A stretch of 47,796 nt of DNA, filler included, from Jimgerdemannia flammicorona (taxonomy: Eukaryota): NCBI GenBank assembly GCA_003990765.1. It is 2 parts of 2 records of this genome, joined end to end, with 100 filler letters (N's around TTAATTAATTAA, not from the genome) between each part and the next. Parts side by side here need not be neighbours in the genome. Positions count along the whole stretch, not along the records: positions 1 to 23,852 come from RBNJ01001052.1; 1 more part is not named here. The stretch is one strand, 5' to 3'. Below the pieces are notes generated by a model. That model was not told the DNA's origin. It did no database searches and worked only from the letters and a program-made list of their open reading frames with translations. Shown piece after piece: positions 10,149-23,952 of the stretch. Every line of letters begins with the position of its first letter. Within the stretch, counting starts at the first letter, position 1. A program made the translations under genes and the position numbers.

Positions 10149-11480
10149 ATATATTCAATATACTATACTTAGCTATAGCTCTAAATCTGTATAAATATTC
10201 CAGAGATTTGAGTGAATAAACCTTAGTCTGAAAGCTGAAAAAAAGCAACAGTTAATTATCTAATATACTTAGGAGAAATAGCTGCTGAAAGCTACTTAAT
10301 CTAAAAAGAATTATAATACTTAGGAGGAATATATACTGTAAGCTACTGCCAGAAGTTAAAAACTTTATTTCTTTCTACTATAGTCTACTTTTTAATATAA
10401 AGAAGTCTGTTACTAATTTGGTATATGTATCAGACTAAGTCTGAAGCTTTACTTTCTTTCTTAAGAATAAAGAAGTATTCTTATCAAAAACTCTCAGATC
10501 TAACTTATAAACAATTCTCAGTCTGATTATCTTAGAATACAAGTATGATATCTTTATCTAGTATAAGAATCTGAAAGTAATACTTGGACTGTACCTCTAT
10601 AACAGATAGAAAAAACTTAGTACTTTCTCACAGAGCTCAGAACTTAAGGCTGATAGTTATCTCTAAATATCTATAATATATTAATTCTATCAGAATATAG
10701 TTTTATACTATTTATTAATAATGTGTAAAATATATAACTTATATATATTATTAATAAAATTACTTTTTCTATTTATTATAATAAAAGTTATAAGGCTAAG
10801 ATATTCAAGATAGTGTACTCAGTTTGTATTTATAATTTCTACTAAATATTTACTATATTAGTCTCACTATATATATATATACTATAATTATTCAAATAGT
10901 AACTAGATAGTAACTCAACTTATCTAAAATACTTCAAAGATTCAAGTAAATAAACCTTAGTTCTAAAAGTTAAAAAAAAAAGGAAATGACTAGTCTGTCT
11001 ATAATATACTTTGAGATATATATATATTTGTTAAGAGTTACTCAATTTAAGGAAAAAATTGTTATACTTAAGAGAAATATCTACTTAAAAGTTATTATTA
11101 AAGAGATTATGAGCTTTATTCTCTTTTCTACTCTAGTTTATTTTTCAATATAAGGATGTCTACTGATTTTGATCTACTTATCAGATTAAGTCTGAAGAAC
11201 TTTAAGATATCTGCTATATTTTGGTCTACTTGTTAGGTTAAGTCTGAAGATTTGTCCAAAGTTTAAAGAAAGAACTTAACTACTATTTGAAGAAATCTAC
11301 CAAATTACTATATTGTACAGAATCTATATATATGAAGAAACCCACTGAAATTATCAGCATTATGTAAATAAGAGAACTTATACTTTTAAAAACCAACTGA
11401 ATATTTTATTACTTTTAGACAAAATAACTGAGAGCTTAAGTTAAGCTACACTGCTATTCTATTTTGTAATTTACAATAGA
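10149..11480 (+). mobile_element. Two heavily decayed LTR relics related to the element B LTR
   Basis: GAGTGAATAAACCTTAGTCTGAAA near 10210 and a variant near 10945 match 31381-31405; 11400-11470 matches 41440-41510. Confidence 0.65.
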
Positions 11481-11527
11481 GATAGAGATATAAATTCAAA
11501 TATTGAGATTGAAATTAGACTAACTGA

Positions 11528-11625
11528 TGATAAGAATCAGAATAATAAGAATCAGGATAATGAGAATTAGGATAATAAGAATCAGAATGATAAAGATCTT
11601 TACTATAAGAATTCAGATAATAAGG
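11528..11625. repeat. Degenerate 15-bp tandem repeat (GATAATAAGAATCAG-like)
   Basis: About 5-6 imperfect units are visible. Confidence 0.6.
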
Positions 11626-12099
11626 ATAAGACTGAGATTTATTTGATCTCATTCTACTATAGGCTATTTTGACTAAACTTCAATTAAAAGTAATCATTAA
11701 TTTCTATATATGTGGGGGTACCTCAAACATAAAAGAAGAAAAAACCTATCAAATTATATGACTCAGCCCACCAGTTGGTTGTCCAAAAAATCAATGCTTT
11801 TGCCAGTAAGTAAAGAGTCATAAGGTGATCTGTTAAGCTTGAAAAATGACCTATTGAATTACTGATAATGGATCCTGGCTTTGATTGCACATGTTCTACT
11901 TGGTATACATTCTTCTTAGTGGCCCTTCAGAATTCTTTCATGCTTCATTTTTATTTTGATAAGTTGTGAATATAGTGTTTATTTACCCTCACATTTATAC
12001 ATTTTTACATCTCCTTATTAACTAATACTATATAAGAACAACATGTGAGTATAGAGGATGTGGATAGAATGAAGATGTTGATAATATTATAGATTGCCA

Positions 12100-13115
12100 A
12101 TGCCTGCATTCACCAAACATATACACCTATGCAAGATGGGATTTCTCTTAATCTAATAGATGAGATGTACTGTAAGTACAGCGCTACTTCTTTGAGCAAT
12201 ATATCAGTTTCCCCCTTACTCAAGAGACTCATCAGTTGGATTCTAGAGTTACCAAGACCAATGTTAGACTCCCAACATCAGCCAAAATACATTTTAGTTT
12301 CTACTTCATGCCAATGATTGTAAGTATAAAACAAGATAACCATGCGAACATGTGTAAGGTCAAGATGAGAGGAAGAGACTACTTAGCTTTTTCATTGATA
12401 GATTACCAACTCTATAGCCACAAATACAAACCTCAATGGTGTGAGATTGGTGTCTGGTGGAGATCAAACTCACCAGCCCTCTTATCAGGATTGGGGTGCA
12501 ATTTTTTCTCTGTCTATCCCCCACTCTTATTAGGTTCCCAGTGAGAGGAATTATGCAATTCCTGAGGGTACAGGAAGTATTTTCTTGGTCCAGGCAGCTA
12601 CTTGAGGTTTGCATATATTGGTTTGTGTAGGAGAAAAAAAGATGAGAGAACAAGCTTCAGTATTGGTTGTCGAGTATATGGTGGAAGCATTAGTAGGGGA
12701 TAAACAGAGAGTGTCAGAGTTTTGTTGATCTGGGGAATGCGATATCATTTCAGTTTCTGCTTCATGCGAATAATTGTAAGTTCGAACACATGTAAAGATG
12801 AGAGGAAGAAGTTACATTAATGCTCCTCCAGTGTATAACGATCCCCACAAATGCAAACTTCGCTGGTGCAAGATTAGTGCCCGGTGGAGAACAAACTCAC
12901 CAGCCCTCTTACCAGGGTTGGGGTGCAATTGTTTTTCTTTGGAGCCACAATCTATCCCCCGACAACATCAGATCGGACTGGCCACTCTTATTTAGGTTTC
13001 TAGTGAGAGGAATTATGCGATTCCTGAAGGAAATGACAAGGGAATAGGCTTCAGTGCTGGTTGTCAAGCAGTAGGTGGAAGGGTTAGCAATGGATGAACG
13101 AGTGTCTATCTTAAA
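12100..13115 (-). pseudogene. Probable intron-containing gene relic with an internally duplicated exon/intron unit; product unknown
   Basis: About 12310-12590 and 12760-13035 are diverged direct repeats; the minus strand shows ctaacag acceptor, an open ~98-codon exon (FKIDTRSS...LWGSLYTGGAL) and a GTAA donor. Confidence 0.4.
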
Positions 13116-16100
13116 CTGTTAGGTGAGTAACTGAAGTTTTGAATTGTATCACATGACATAAGTCTAAGAGGAGCAACCCGTCGAGCCACATTATAATTAC
13201 TATATGCCCATCCTTCTGATAGCACATTCCATTCCCTATTTATACAACCCATTCCTTCCTCTAACTATATAAAATCACATGGTTTGCTGCCACAGAAAGA
13301 ATACAGCGAGGGATTGAAAGCTGGAATCCGTAACCACTACCCCACAGAAAAAGCATATAGAAAGCGGTCGAAAAACAAACTAGGAAATACGTGCATAGAG
13401 TGAAATGCAACTAAAATGCATGAATAGCATCGAATCAATCTATGGCATATACTGAAACGTCTCGCTTGATATACCAACATCCAATGGTTAAATATCTCCA
13501 TTTTCCAAAAAATAAACCGCAACAACCAGTCTTTCAGTTCCCTCCCCTGTTCTCTCTCCCAGTTTTCCACTCTCTTTCCCCTCTCATACAAACTTCCCTG
13601 CCCATAACTGCCCAAGGGGCACTCTCTGTGCTCTACATAATATATTATGATAGTCTAAAGGCACAGTATGTAGCTTCGCATTGCAGTGACTGTCCATCCA
13701 CCGGACACAAACTTGGTTGGCCCTTCATTTTTTGGAAGGTGTTTCAAATTGCCCTTGGCATTACCAGTGGGTCGACGGGTTGGGACCAGCCAGCTGGTGA
13801 TCTTCATTCCAAAAGATAAGTAATGCAAATAATTTTTTCTGCCTGCCCTTTTCTTCCTTTTTTTATTATTATCTCCGAACTAAAATTTTGATCAGTTCCT
13901 TATGCCAGTCTTGGTTGCTTTTAAACCAACTGATGAGCCCCTTGAGCAAGGGCGAAACTGGTCTCTTCTAGGTCATCTCCATTCGGTGGCGTTTACATGT
14001 ATTTTATATATTTATTAAATTGGACACGTCAACACGTGTGTTGTTTAAGCTCCGTTTGTGATCTTCCAGACAGCTCTTCGGTGTGTACTACCATTGACTA
14101 GTCGGTATTTGAAATCGCGATTATCCCACTCTGATTGTTACTGTCGTGCAAGAGGTACTCTATCAATACTAGTCTTATTGAAGAAGGTGTGTTGATTTGC
14201 AGGTCGTGTGGGTTGTGGACCAGGAGGAAGTAGGGGTTGGTGGTGTGGATGTGTGGGTTTGTGGCTCATGTGGGTGCTTACCACCGAAATCGGCATCATC
14301 CTATAACCTGCTTCCTCCTTCCTCCTCTCCAGACACATGCAGATTGAGAGACTCACAATGCTATCTCATGCCATATGGGAAAGACACTTTCCGCTGAAAT
14401 CATTACCACCCTGTAGCTCATGAAGTTCCAAGTCTACCTCGACCTTCTCATGATCAAAGCCTAAGAAACCTTTATCATTCTCAGTGTGTTGTATCATGTG
14501 AGGAGAAGGTGATGATTTCATCTCTGTTTTTTGTAGGATTGGTGGGTGGTCATATCTGAGTGGCTATGTGTGCGTTTTGAACTATGAACTATTATTGTGA
14601 ATGTATACAGTCTCTTAGATTATCTGTCGTTCATTTCTACAGGATATCCTGATGGCCCAATTCACGGATGACCAGCTCTACTCTCTCTGCGGCACCATCT
14701 CCCGTATCGAGCACCTCATCGCTGTGCAGCTCATAGTTGTACAGCTCATGGCCATGCAGCTCATAGGTAGTCTCGTTGATAAGAGAGGATTGGGGTACGG
14801 GGGGGAGTTTCCAACCCTCTTCAGATGGTTGTTTCAGTCATCAACACTCATTGGCAGTATTATATGTGGAGGTATCGCGCCATCCAGCCTGAGGAACCAG
14901 GCCATGACACCTCTGCCTAGGCCATCGAGGAGCTTAAGGAGCGCCATGACTAGGTTCATCAAACTGGTTGGCTGGCAGGAACTGGGTCTGGATCGTGGAG
15001 GTGGCAAAGAGAGTGGTGGTAAGTAATTTTTATTTTTTATTTTTTTTTTCCATCTTCGTGGGGGGGGGGGGGGGGGGTCGAAAATTGGATAACTGACATA
15101 TTTGTGGGCACCCTTTTTCATCTTCATATTCTCAGATCCTCGGTGACACCTACTGGCCTTCTCGAGCAACCTGTTCCCATCGCCCGACTCACTGTGCTCG
15201 ACCTTCCTGACGGATGTGTCAGAGTGGTGCATGGCTCTGGTCAAGGCCGAGATCAGGTAGTAGGTAGACAGGTTTAAGGCGGTGAGGGGCGAGTCAGCGG
15301 GTGAGGGGCGACCCGGCGGTGAGAGCTGGGAGAGCAGTGGGGATGAGAGGGGGGAACTGGGGGAGAGTAGCAAGAAGATAACGACAAGGAAAGAATGGGG
15401 ATAACAGTGGGTTTTGTAAGGGCCATGTTTTTTCCTTGATGTGGGTTCATATTAGGAGGTAGATGATTTAATACGCACGGTCTATTGTTCCACAGAGGCA
15501 ATGAATGCCACTGCCGCAGACACCAATCACTCTACCAAGATCAATCTCAAGACCACGCGAGGCTCATCATGCTGGCCCCAGTTGATGTCAAGCATTGCAT
15601 GACCCTCCTGATGTAGTATGGCAGGTTTGGGCAGGAGGTCGACGACCTCATCAAGCAGGTGCGCATGGGGCTCGACGGTTCTGAGGCCGAGCGGGCGGCC
15701 ATTTGTAGGGTTCATTTGAAGGTTTGTATTCTCTGTAATTCTTCAGTCAGTTAAAGGTGTTTATTTAGGGAGAAATAAAATATCTGGTTTTGGTTCTCAA
15801 TCCCAATCCTATTCTTCTATACCGTCCATCAAGCTCTATATGAACGGCAATCACATTTCGGTGGACCCGAGCCCAAATCCGGCAACAGCGCTGGCACTGG
15901 CGCAATGGCCTCGCACGTCTCCTCACAGCACATCGTGGATGCACCGTGACGACATCACTTTCGAATCGCTGGCTGGGCCGGACACTGTTGTCCCATACCT
16001 TGACATTGTTGTAGGTGGCGGTCGCGGCAGAAGGGGTGCTGCGGACCTGGCCATGGAACCATTTTGAGCTATAATACCAACCCTAAGACATTACATAGTT

Positions 16101-17073
16101 AACGGCGACGAGAACTGTACTCTTCGTACCGGGCAGCCACATTCTGGAAGAAGACGTGCTGCATCACATCTGTGACTTTGTCAATGGGCTTGGCTTCAGC
16201 GCAGGGCCAAGAGGGCCATGCCGGTAATAAATATGGAGGTGATACTGATTTGGAATTGTTGGCATGCTCCTCCTTTATCGTGTCACTTTGACCTGACTTG
16301 CCACAGTTATCCTTGCTTATCGCATTTGAGTCATCATGTCGAGCCTTTGATTCACCCAAACCCATCTCACCACGTGGATTTTTTATTTCTCATCGCACTG
16401 TTCTGCAAGTCCATAGACCACATTTTACAGCCAGGCGCTTACAGTAAGGGATGCATCATGCAGGATACCAGGATCAGTTTTATTACAGGCAAATGTTGTG
16501 CACGAACCATTTGCAACTGGTTAAACTGATCAAGTTTCGTGGGTTTGACAGGAGGGAAGATTTAGGTAAAGAAAAAAATAAAATAAAATAAAATAAAGAA
16601 TTGTATCTGAATATGATGAATAAGGCATAAAGCGTGTTCGCTAGTTTAGTATGATAACATCGTACGGACAAATAAAAAAACATACTGAGGAGCAGTCAAA
16701 GGCCAACACGCAATTACAGAGTGACTAGAAATCAAGGGTGCTCATGCTGGTGATGGAGGGTGATGAAGAAGTGATTTTCATGAAACAGGGGAGAAGGGAA
16801 ACAAGTACATCACATGTAGTTTGGGTAATGGGTACATGTCCATGTCGCTGCCCCTTACCTCTCAGCATCTAATCAGTTTTCGGCTGAATCGGACCCTTAT
16901 ACTCATAAAGTTGTGTGACGGTTCCACAAAATTGATCGTCAGGTTTCACTTGCCATAGGACCCAAAATACCCCTTGCGCTAAGGCTTAGCCACATGGGAT
17001 GTGTTAATTTTAGGGCATGTGCTCTTACAAGTTGCAAAAAAGTCTTGTCAGCCAACTATTACAACCGTGAAAA

Positions 17074-18926
17074 ATGTCAGCCCCTAACTCTACACCACAT
17101 TCAGAGCAGGCAGATTTGTTAGCGATAAGGAGAAACCTAGTCAATGACAAGTAATAGATATGAATCAATCAATTCATTATTTAGTTTAGTGGTATGGGAT
17201 CATGTTTTCAAATTTGTTGTGGTTCAGAGTTGCTCATAGAGGCAGCAGAAGTTGAGAACATGCTCGTGCTGCAATATATCTATGCCGCATCTTCACTCAA
17301 GATCCAGGCTGAGGGTAAGAGGGTTTTTATTTTGATTTAATTTTGGGAGTATAAAAACTTGCATTGTCATGGGCTTATTGCCAAAGTTCCAGTAGAGTTT
17401 GACAATGAGAAGCGCAAGTATTACCAAGCAGAGTTGGTCAGGGGATGGAAGAAAACAATCCATAGGTGCGAGTTCGAATTTTTCTCATTTGTGATTGTCA
17501 TGGCTTATTTTAATGGAACTTGACATTTTCATATAGACTTGAGCTGATATTTTAGCATCTATCGTGAAGAAATGCAACACTTACACGTTGTGAACCAGGT
17601 GCTTGTAGGTGTTGGTGCTGAATCTTAGTAAGTAAAAGAACTCATAAATGGTTGCCCAGACCAGTATGGAAAATCGTTTTTTTCATACTGTATCATTTTC
17701 TCAGCTTCGGAAGACCAAATTTCCCCGTGAACTGGTTCTATAAGGAAAATGGTATTGATTCTGGCAAGACACTGATGGTCCTTGCACAATTCGTCCCGGA
17801 TACTTTGTGGCGCTTCTTGACTTTCGAATGGGGTCTGATCGACCAAGAAATACTGGAATTGATGCCAAATTTCATCGCCGCCTACATAGATGGCAAAACA
17901 TCTCCATTGGGCAAGATACCAGAACCGCCGTTTTATAAAGACCTCACCCAGCTTTACACAGACATCATGAACGGTTTGACGGAAAAAATGTTCGAGCTGG
18001 GTAAAAAGGATGTGAACAAAGTATTTAAGGAGACCGGAGAAGACGCTGAAAACTCACAGTTGCTGGGCAACAGGGGAATCCCGAAAATAACAGATGTGGC
18101 AACGGCAAAGGCGGCCCTTCAACAAGTTATTGATCAAGGTAATTATTATTTGCTTGCATGCTTGAATCTGGAATACCCTCTCTTCTTCTCTCTATTTTTT
18201 CTTTTTTACATTTTTCTTCTTATATGTTTATATCTTTTTTGAACACTCAAGGTGAAGGCATTGGGGCCACTGACGTGAATGGGCATTTTCAAAAGTTCAA
18301 AAGCATATGGGATGCTTTTCGGGCTGAGTTAGTGATTGATGAGCATTTCCGGTCAGCTCAGAATGTGATGGCGAATCCTCAGCTGCGGTATCATTCAGAG
18401 GTGTCTTTGAGAAAAACTCAACCCCAGAGCAAAAACAGGCAGTGAGCGAAAACCCGCTCAATATCAGATGTATTCATAAGGTATGCTGCTACTATATTAT
18501 TTTAATTTTATTTTATTTTTATTTTTTTGGTTATGTAATTATAACCGCATTGGCTTGAATCAGAGTGCTGATTGCATATTCTGGTTTTCAAGATCCCAGA
18601 TGGCACCATGGCACACAAATTTTTGAATCTACTTTGTGAAGCCTATGAGTTTTTAGTGATCTGGCTCAGGCAGATATACACTCATAAAGTTACTTGCAAA
18701 TGAGAATTTCATACTATCAGGCAGCTTGCATTCCTCCCATATATGTCTGAGGTCATTCTGCCATTATTGGAGATAAGATGGAAATTCTCTTCCCTATATT
18801 TGTTATTTTTAAAATATAATTAATAGGTCTCTCCTCCAATGTTTACAGATCATTACCAAGATTGTTGTTTGGCCATCAGGTACCTTGTTCATGTTCACAA
18901 TTGCCAGACAACATGCTAATTTCCAG

Positions 18927-18962
<36 letters not shown>

Positions 18963-20490
18963 TTGTCTAATCCTTGCCATTCATCTTTCAAATGGCTGCA
19001 TAGTGCAATCCTCTGGGAACATTTTCCTTGGTACTAGCTTTGAAATCACAAATAGTGTAATGTCCTTGCTGAGCACTCCTGTGCTATGTATAATACAGAT
19101 TAAGAGGCTGTGTGAAATGGAAGATGATGTCAAACAACTCATAGAACTATACCAGAAATCCGAATATAATAATCAGCTGCTGAAGCATGCCTTGAAAAGG
19201 CTTAAGGATCTCAGGCTGACCTTCTACTACCTGAGTCAAGAGTTTGATTTTCATAGCCATTGAATCTCACCACCAATACCTGGTGATATATGTATCCAAC
19301 ATGATTCTGAAAATTCTTTTTGGGTTTATAATTTTATTCTCAATTGGCTGATGCTGTTTCATTTCTATTTAGAACCTTACACCATTAGTAGAATAAGGGC
19401 TCAAAAGATACTCCAAAGATACAATGAATTTTGATCCTCAAATAGATATAGACATCTATCTTAAGCTCAATTTCAAAGGTTAGGCCCATTATCAACTTGC
19501 AACTAACCCAGATTCCTTGAATGACCCATATGGCACTACAGGCAATAGTTTTGTATTCACCAATGAACTCGACCTTGACTCTGTTCTCCAATTTCAGTCA
19601 ACTGCAGGCACTGTTGGCAGACCAGACAAATCTTTCAAATTTGGTGTTATTGTAAAGAAGACCACCAAGTGCACACCAGCAGGCAAAAGCAATATCCCAG
19701 ACATATTCCAAGATGTCAAAGTGGACCTTCTTGGATCACCTGTACTCTAAGGACTCAACTATATTGTATCCTGCAAAGAAAATAGTCAACCCTTTCAAAC
19801 TTGAGATCAGAGACAAGTATAACAAACTGCTTCTTAAGTGAAGAGCAATTGGAAAAACCTTTGCAGAGGGAACTGCCTCTGAGCAGAGGTGGTGTATAAG
19901 ATTAGTAAATGACATTGACAGAAAGCATGAATATATCTTTCAAAACTTCCTCTTATTAGATTTTTTGTTTTTTTTTTTTTTCAGAGAGCCCATCTTGGTA
20001 AAGAGTACTACAAATCTCAATCTCTTCAACATCAGGCAGTCAGAACTTATTGGTCATACAGATGACTATTGGGTGAACTGAATGGAGGTTTTAAAACAAC
20101 AGTTGTCCAAAATTGACAACAAGCTTAGTACTAAGCCATAGTACTTCAGATACAGCTGGATCATATTAAAAAAGCAACACAGATCATGATGTTGAGATTG
20201 GGGCTCTGGGAGTGGCACCAGTACACCCTCAACAGTGACAGAGGCAGGGCCATGGAAACAGCGATTCCATTTAAGGTATGAGTGATATTGAAGGATTTGT
20301 TTCTTTTGAAGCTATATATTGGGACTAATGGACAGCTATGTTTTGTAAGTTCTCATCAATAGTAACCCAAATGACAATATATCCAAGATGAACAAATGGC
20401 TCACCATCTATGACCTGAGCTTTTTCGATATAGATGTCTTGAGTATATACATCTAGATATATAATCTTCCTTCTGCATATTTCTAAATTC
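17074..20490 (+). pseudogene. Spliced ferritin-like domain gene (PF12902/VioB C-terminal-like) with an extra C-terminal domain; decaying
   Basis: Exons give LLIEAAEVENMLVLQYIYAASSLK (from 17230), IYREEMQHLHVVNQVLVGVGA, YFGRPNFP, TLWRFLTFE, DLTQLYTDI, AKAALQQVIDQGEG, GHFQKF, PYMSEVILPL, LGTSFE, joined at GT..AG sites in matching phase. Frameshift near 18400 and stops from about 18708. Start and end are approximate. Confidence 0.8.
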
Positions 20491-20511
20491 CATCCATCCA
20501 TCCATCCATCC
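20489..20511. repeat. (CCAT)n microsatellite
   Basis: tccatccatccatccatccatcc. Confidence 0.9.
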
Positions 20512-21449
20512 GAAATGTTAACTCTAACCAATGGCTTACATTCATTTTGATTACAAGGGAACTCTATACATTCCTATAAACCCTGTTCAGAATAGCTGTT
20601 GAATGGTTTGTGCTACATATATCAGAATTACAATATATTCACTATACTGCTCAATCTGAGTCATACATATATATCCATTTTATAACATATATCTTTTTAA
20701 TAAAAATGTTTAAAAGGAAGAGATTACTCACAAAGATATTGATATATTAAATAGACTCAGTAATATTATTATTATTAAAATTGATTTATGTCAAAAACTC
20801 CAAAACATTTACTATGAACAATACTAGCTTTTAATAGAAAGGGTAAAATTTGAACTTTAAATTACTATAGCCAATGTTGGCAAATACATAATTTTCTGTA
20901 AATTTTGTTTTGAGTTATTATATACTATAGTAGATTATCTATAGCAACTATCACCCAAAGTTTATCAGCCTCAATCACTACCACAAAAATCTCCCCCCCT
21001 CTCCCCCCCCCTAGTTAAATATCTCTCACCTTCCTCTGGCTTATCAATTTGATATATTGGTAGTATCATTGGTATTAGTATTATTGGTATTTTGAAGAAA
21101 CTGTTTTGTAAGAAAATGACATAGGTTTAGCCTCTTCTTTAAGATTGTATTACTTACCTCCTCACCTTTCCTAAATACCAATATTTGCAATTATACTTCA
21201 CTTCTATCACCCAGTTGATGCCCTTTACAACCGAGTTCAAATATGGGCAAGACTGGTGGTCAGGTAATTGTTACAACCTTGTCTCATGAGTCTCTCTCAA
21301 ATAAATGATCAAAAATGAAAGGTTTATACAAATGTAAACATACCAAATCTTCTCAACATTTTTGATACATTTGAGGGAAGCTGACATGCAGCTTACTTGA
21401 AGAGACTATGTGTGATATGGGGGAAGAGAATGATGTACCAAAATATAAT

Positions 21450-23620
21450 TATGATAAATATCAATAAAGAAATAGAGTATTATTATAACTTTATATAGAT
21501 GACAGACTCTGAAGGTATTATTGATATACTAAATGATATTATTTAATCTATAGTATCTGAAAAGTCATTTGATTATTTTATTAAAAATATTAAAAAGAAA
21601 TAAAGATGAGCATAGTTTGAAAGAGAGAAATTAGTCAAAGTAAAAAAAAACTATATTAGTAAAAATCTAGAAGTTATCAGTTTTTAAGATTGAGTAAAAG
21701 ATATTAAAAGATATTTACTAAGTTAACTTTGAAGTATTTGTTAAAATATTATAAAATATTAAGTTTATAATCAAAGATTATTTATTTGATAGTAAAATTC
21801 TTAGCTAATATATATTATTAATAAATATACTATAAGACTATTATAATATGCCTACTCAATGAAGATAAATTACAAGGTTGGGACAGCTATATAGATTGGC
21901 TTGAGCCCTTAGTTACTTTGTCAATAAGTAACAAAATGTTCAAAAATAGATATAAGTTCTATTCACATAATGTAGATAATTTTAATAGGTTTTTAATTAG
22001 GACTATATCTCAATATCAAATATTTGGACCTTAGTACTTTATAAAACCTAAAAATTAGAGCCAATAGTCTATCTTAGATTATCTATAATATATTAATTCT
22101 ATTAGTATATAGTTTTATCATAATTTAGTAGTAGTAGAGTTTCTTTTACCTATAAGCAATCTCTCTCAAGTATCTACTATAAATATAGTTAACTTTACAA
22201 GAACTAACTCAGTATCTCTAATACTAATAGTGATAATTAAGAAATACTTTCACTCTGGCTACTCTGCAGAACTAAGTTGAAGAAGTCAATAGAATCATTA
22301 TTAAGTAGACTGAAATCCATAATAGCTAAGAGAAATTCAATAAACTCAACAATGAGACTATATAAGAAATATTCAATATATATATTTATAATATTCAACA
22401 AAGAAGTTACCTATATTAAAAGGATTAAAGAAGAGTTTGAAAAATTATTTAGAAGCTATTTCTTTGAGAAATATATATAAGTAATACTCTCAAATAAATT
22501 GAATCAAATTCAAATTGAATTGAGGGTCCAATTTGAACTTTATGTTTTAAAATATAATATTTTTAAAAAAAATACATTCAAATTTAACAAGCTAAAGATT
22601 ATTAAATTTGGATATATCTTTATTGAGTTATTATATTTTGAAAAATAGAGTTCAAATTGAATTTTGAGTATAGGTATTGGTATTTAGATTAGAGCTCTAA
22701 TATATTTAGTAGTCTTTTCTTTATCTATAAATCAGGAGCTATAGTAGAAGTAGTCTTAATGATAGAATCTTATTTCTTTACAGCTTTATTAGTAGTATAG
22801 TGGACAATATAGACAGATAATTTAAATAATAGTATAGAAGTAAGCATGGGATCTAAAGGAGGAAACTGAAGAAACAATAGACTTAGATTTGTTAATATCT
22901 GAGCAGAGTGATCTGGATATAAATATCAGTAATAGAATCAATAACTTATTAGATAAAAGTGCTAATTTATTAATATAGTTTGATATTTTCATAATAAAGC
23001 TCTATGTGTATTTCAGACTACAATAAGAAGCTTCTGTTAGTGCTAAAAAAAATGCTAAGCAAAATCTTGAATGCATAAAGAAGAAAAAAGCCAAACATGC
23101 TGCTGTCAAACATACTACTGTAAAACATATTATCAAAACATCTGAACAAATTGGTATTGCTCTCAGATAAGCTCAAAATATGATCCTAGCATAAGACTTA
23201 AAGCCACTTGGAATATATTTTGAATTATATATCCAAGTATTCAATATAAAAGAAAAGGATACTCTCTTAAAATATCACATGTTTAGTAAGAAACTATGAT
23301 AAGATGAGCAAACTCAGCTTATACCTACTCAACTTAGAAAAGAACATGCTGCTACTAAACTGATTTGAATAGCACTATCTCATATTTAAGTAAAACTATA
23401 AAATAATCATATATGATATATACAGTGAATATATGATATTACTACTAGACTAGCACCAAACCAAGTTCAAGATATATAAAGACTAAAAATTTGAAATTTC
23501 ATTTATATATTATAAGAAAATACACAGATATCTTTAGAAATATGTCAATTGTCACAGACTTCAGCCATCAAGTGCAGGCTTTAGTAATGAAGAAAAACTA
23601 TTATAGGGGAGATAACATAG
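21450..23620. mobile_element. Extremely AT-rich, CpG-free relic DNA, probably ancient transposon remnants (class not assignable)
   Basis: Composition matches the oldest TE relics in the window; 22075-22135 resembles 10670-10720; ~30-bp inverted arms at about 22529-22560 and 22629-22660. Confidence 0.5.
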
Positions 23621-23852
23621 TGTAATGTAGCGGACGCTTACTCTTGAAAGTACGTCGGATTTCTGTATCTTGAAAACTTGACTTGTTCTGACTCTCGCAG
23701 AGTCTTCTTGAAGTTGTAGGGGAGGGTGGGTGAGTTCGAAGTGTATCTGCCCGCAGGCTTACTAGTTCCTTTGCTATCTCTTTGCTTTGAACTATTTCGA
23801 TCTGAGGTTTATTCACTCGAAGATACTGGGTTATTTATACAAGTTTGCTAGC
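23621..23852 (-). mobile_element. 3' part of a young, CpG-intact LTR related to element D's LTR; cut by the contig end
   Basis: Reverse complement aligns with 42981-43204; ends ...CGCTACATTACA; TATAAATA at 23839-23832 and AATAAA at 23813-23808. Confidence 0.8.
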
Positions 23853-23952
23853 NNNNNNNNNNNNNNNNNNNNNNNNNNNNNNNNNNNNNNNNNNNNTTAA
23901 TTAATTAANNNNNNNNNNNNNNNNNNNNNNNNNNNNNNNNNNNNNNNNNNNN
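23853..23952. other. Artificial 100-bp assembly spacer
   Basis: 44 N + TTAATTAATTAA (stops in all six frames) + 44 N. Confidence 0.95.

Noticed and set aside
17652..18242. 196-aa track ORF as a stand-alone gene
   Set aside because: It is one exon of the ferritin-like gene read through flanking intron sequence.
22529..22660. Inverted repeat as a MITE
   Set aside because: Arms are short, imperfect and AT-rich, with no TSD found.
23853..23952. Palindromic TTAATTAATTAA between N runs, and the ORF 23897-24223 that crosses it
   Set aside because: Symmetric 100-bp spacer with six-frame stops; an assembly linker, not biology.
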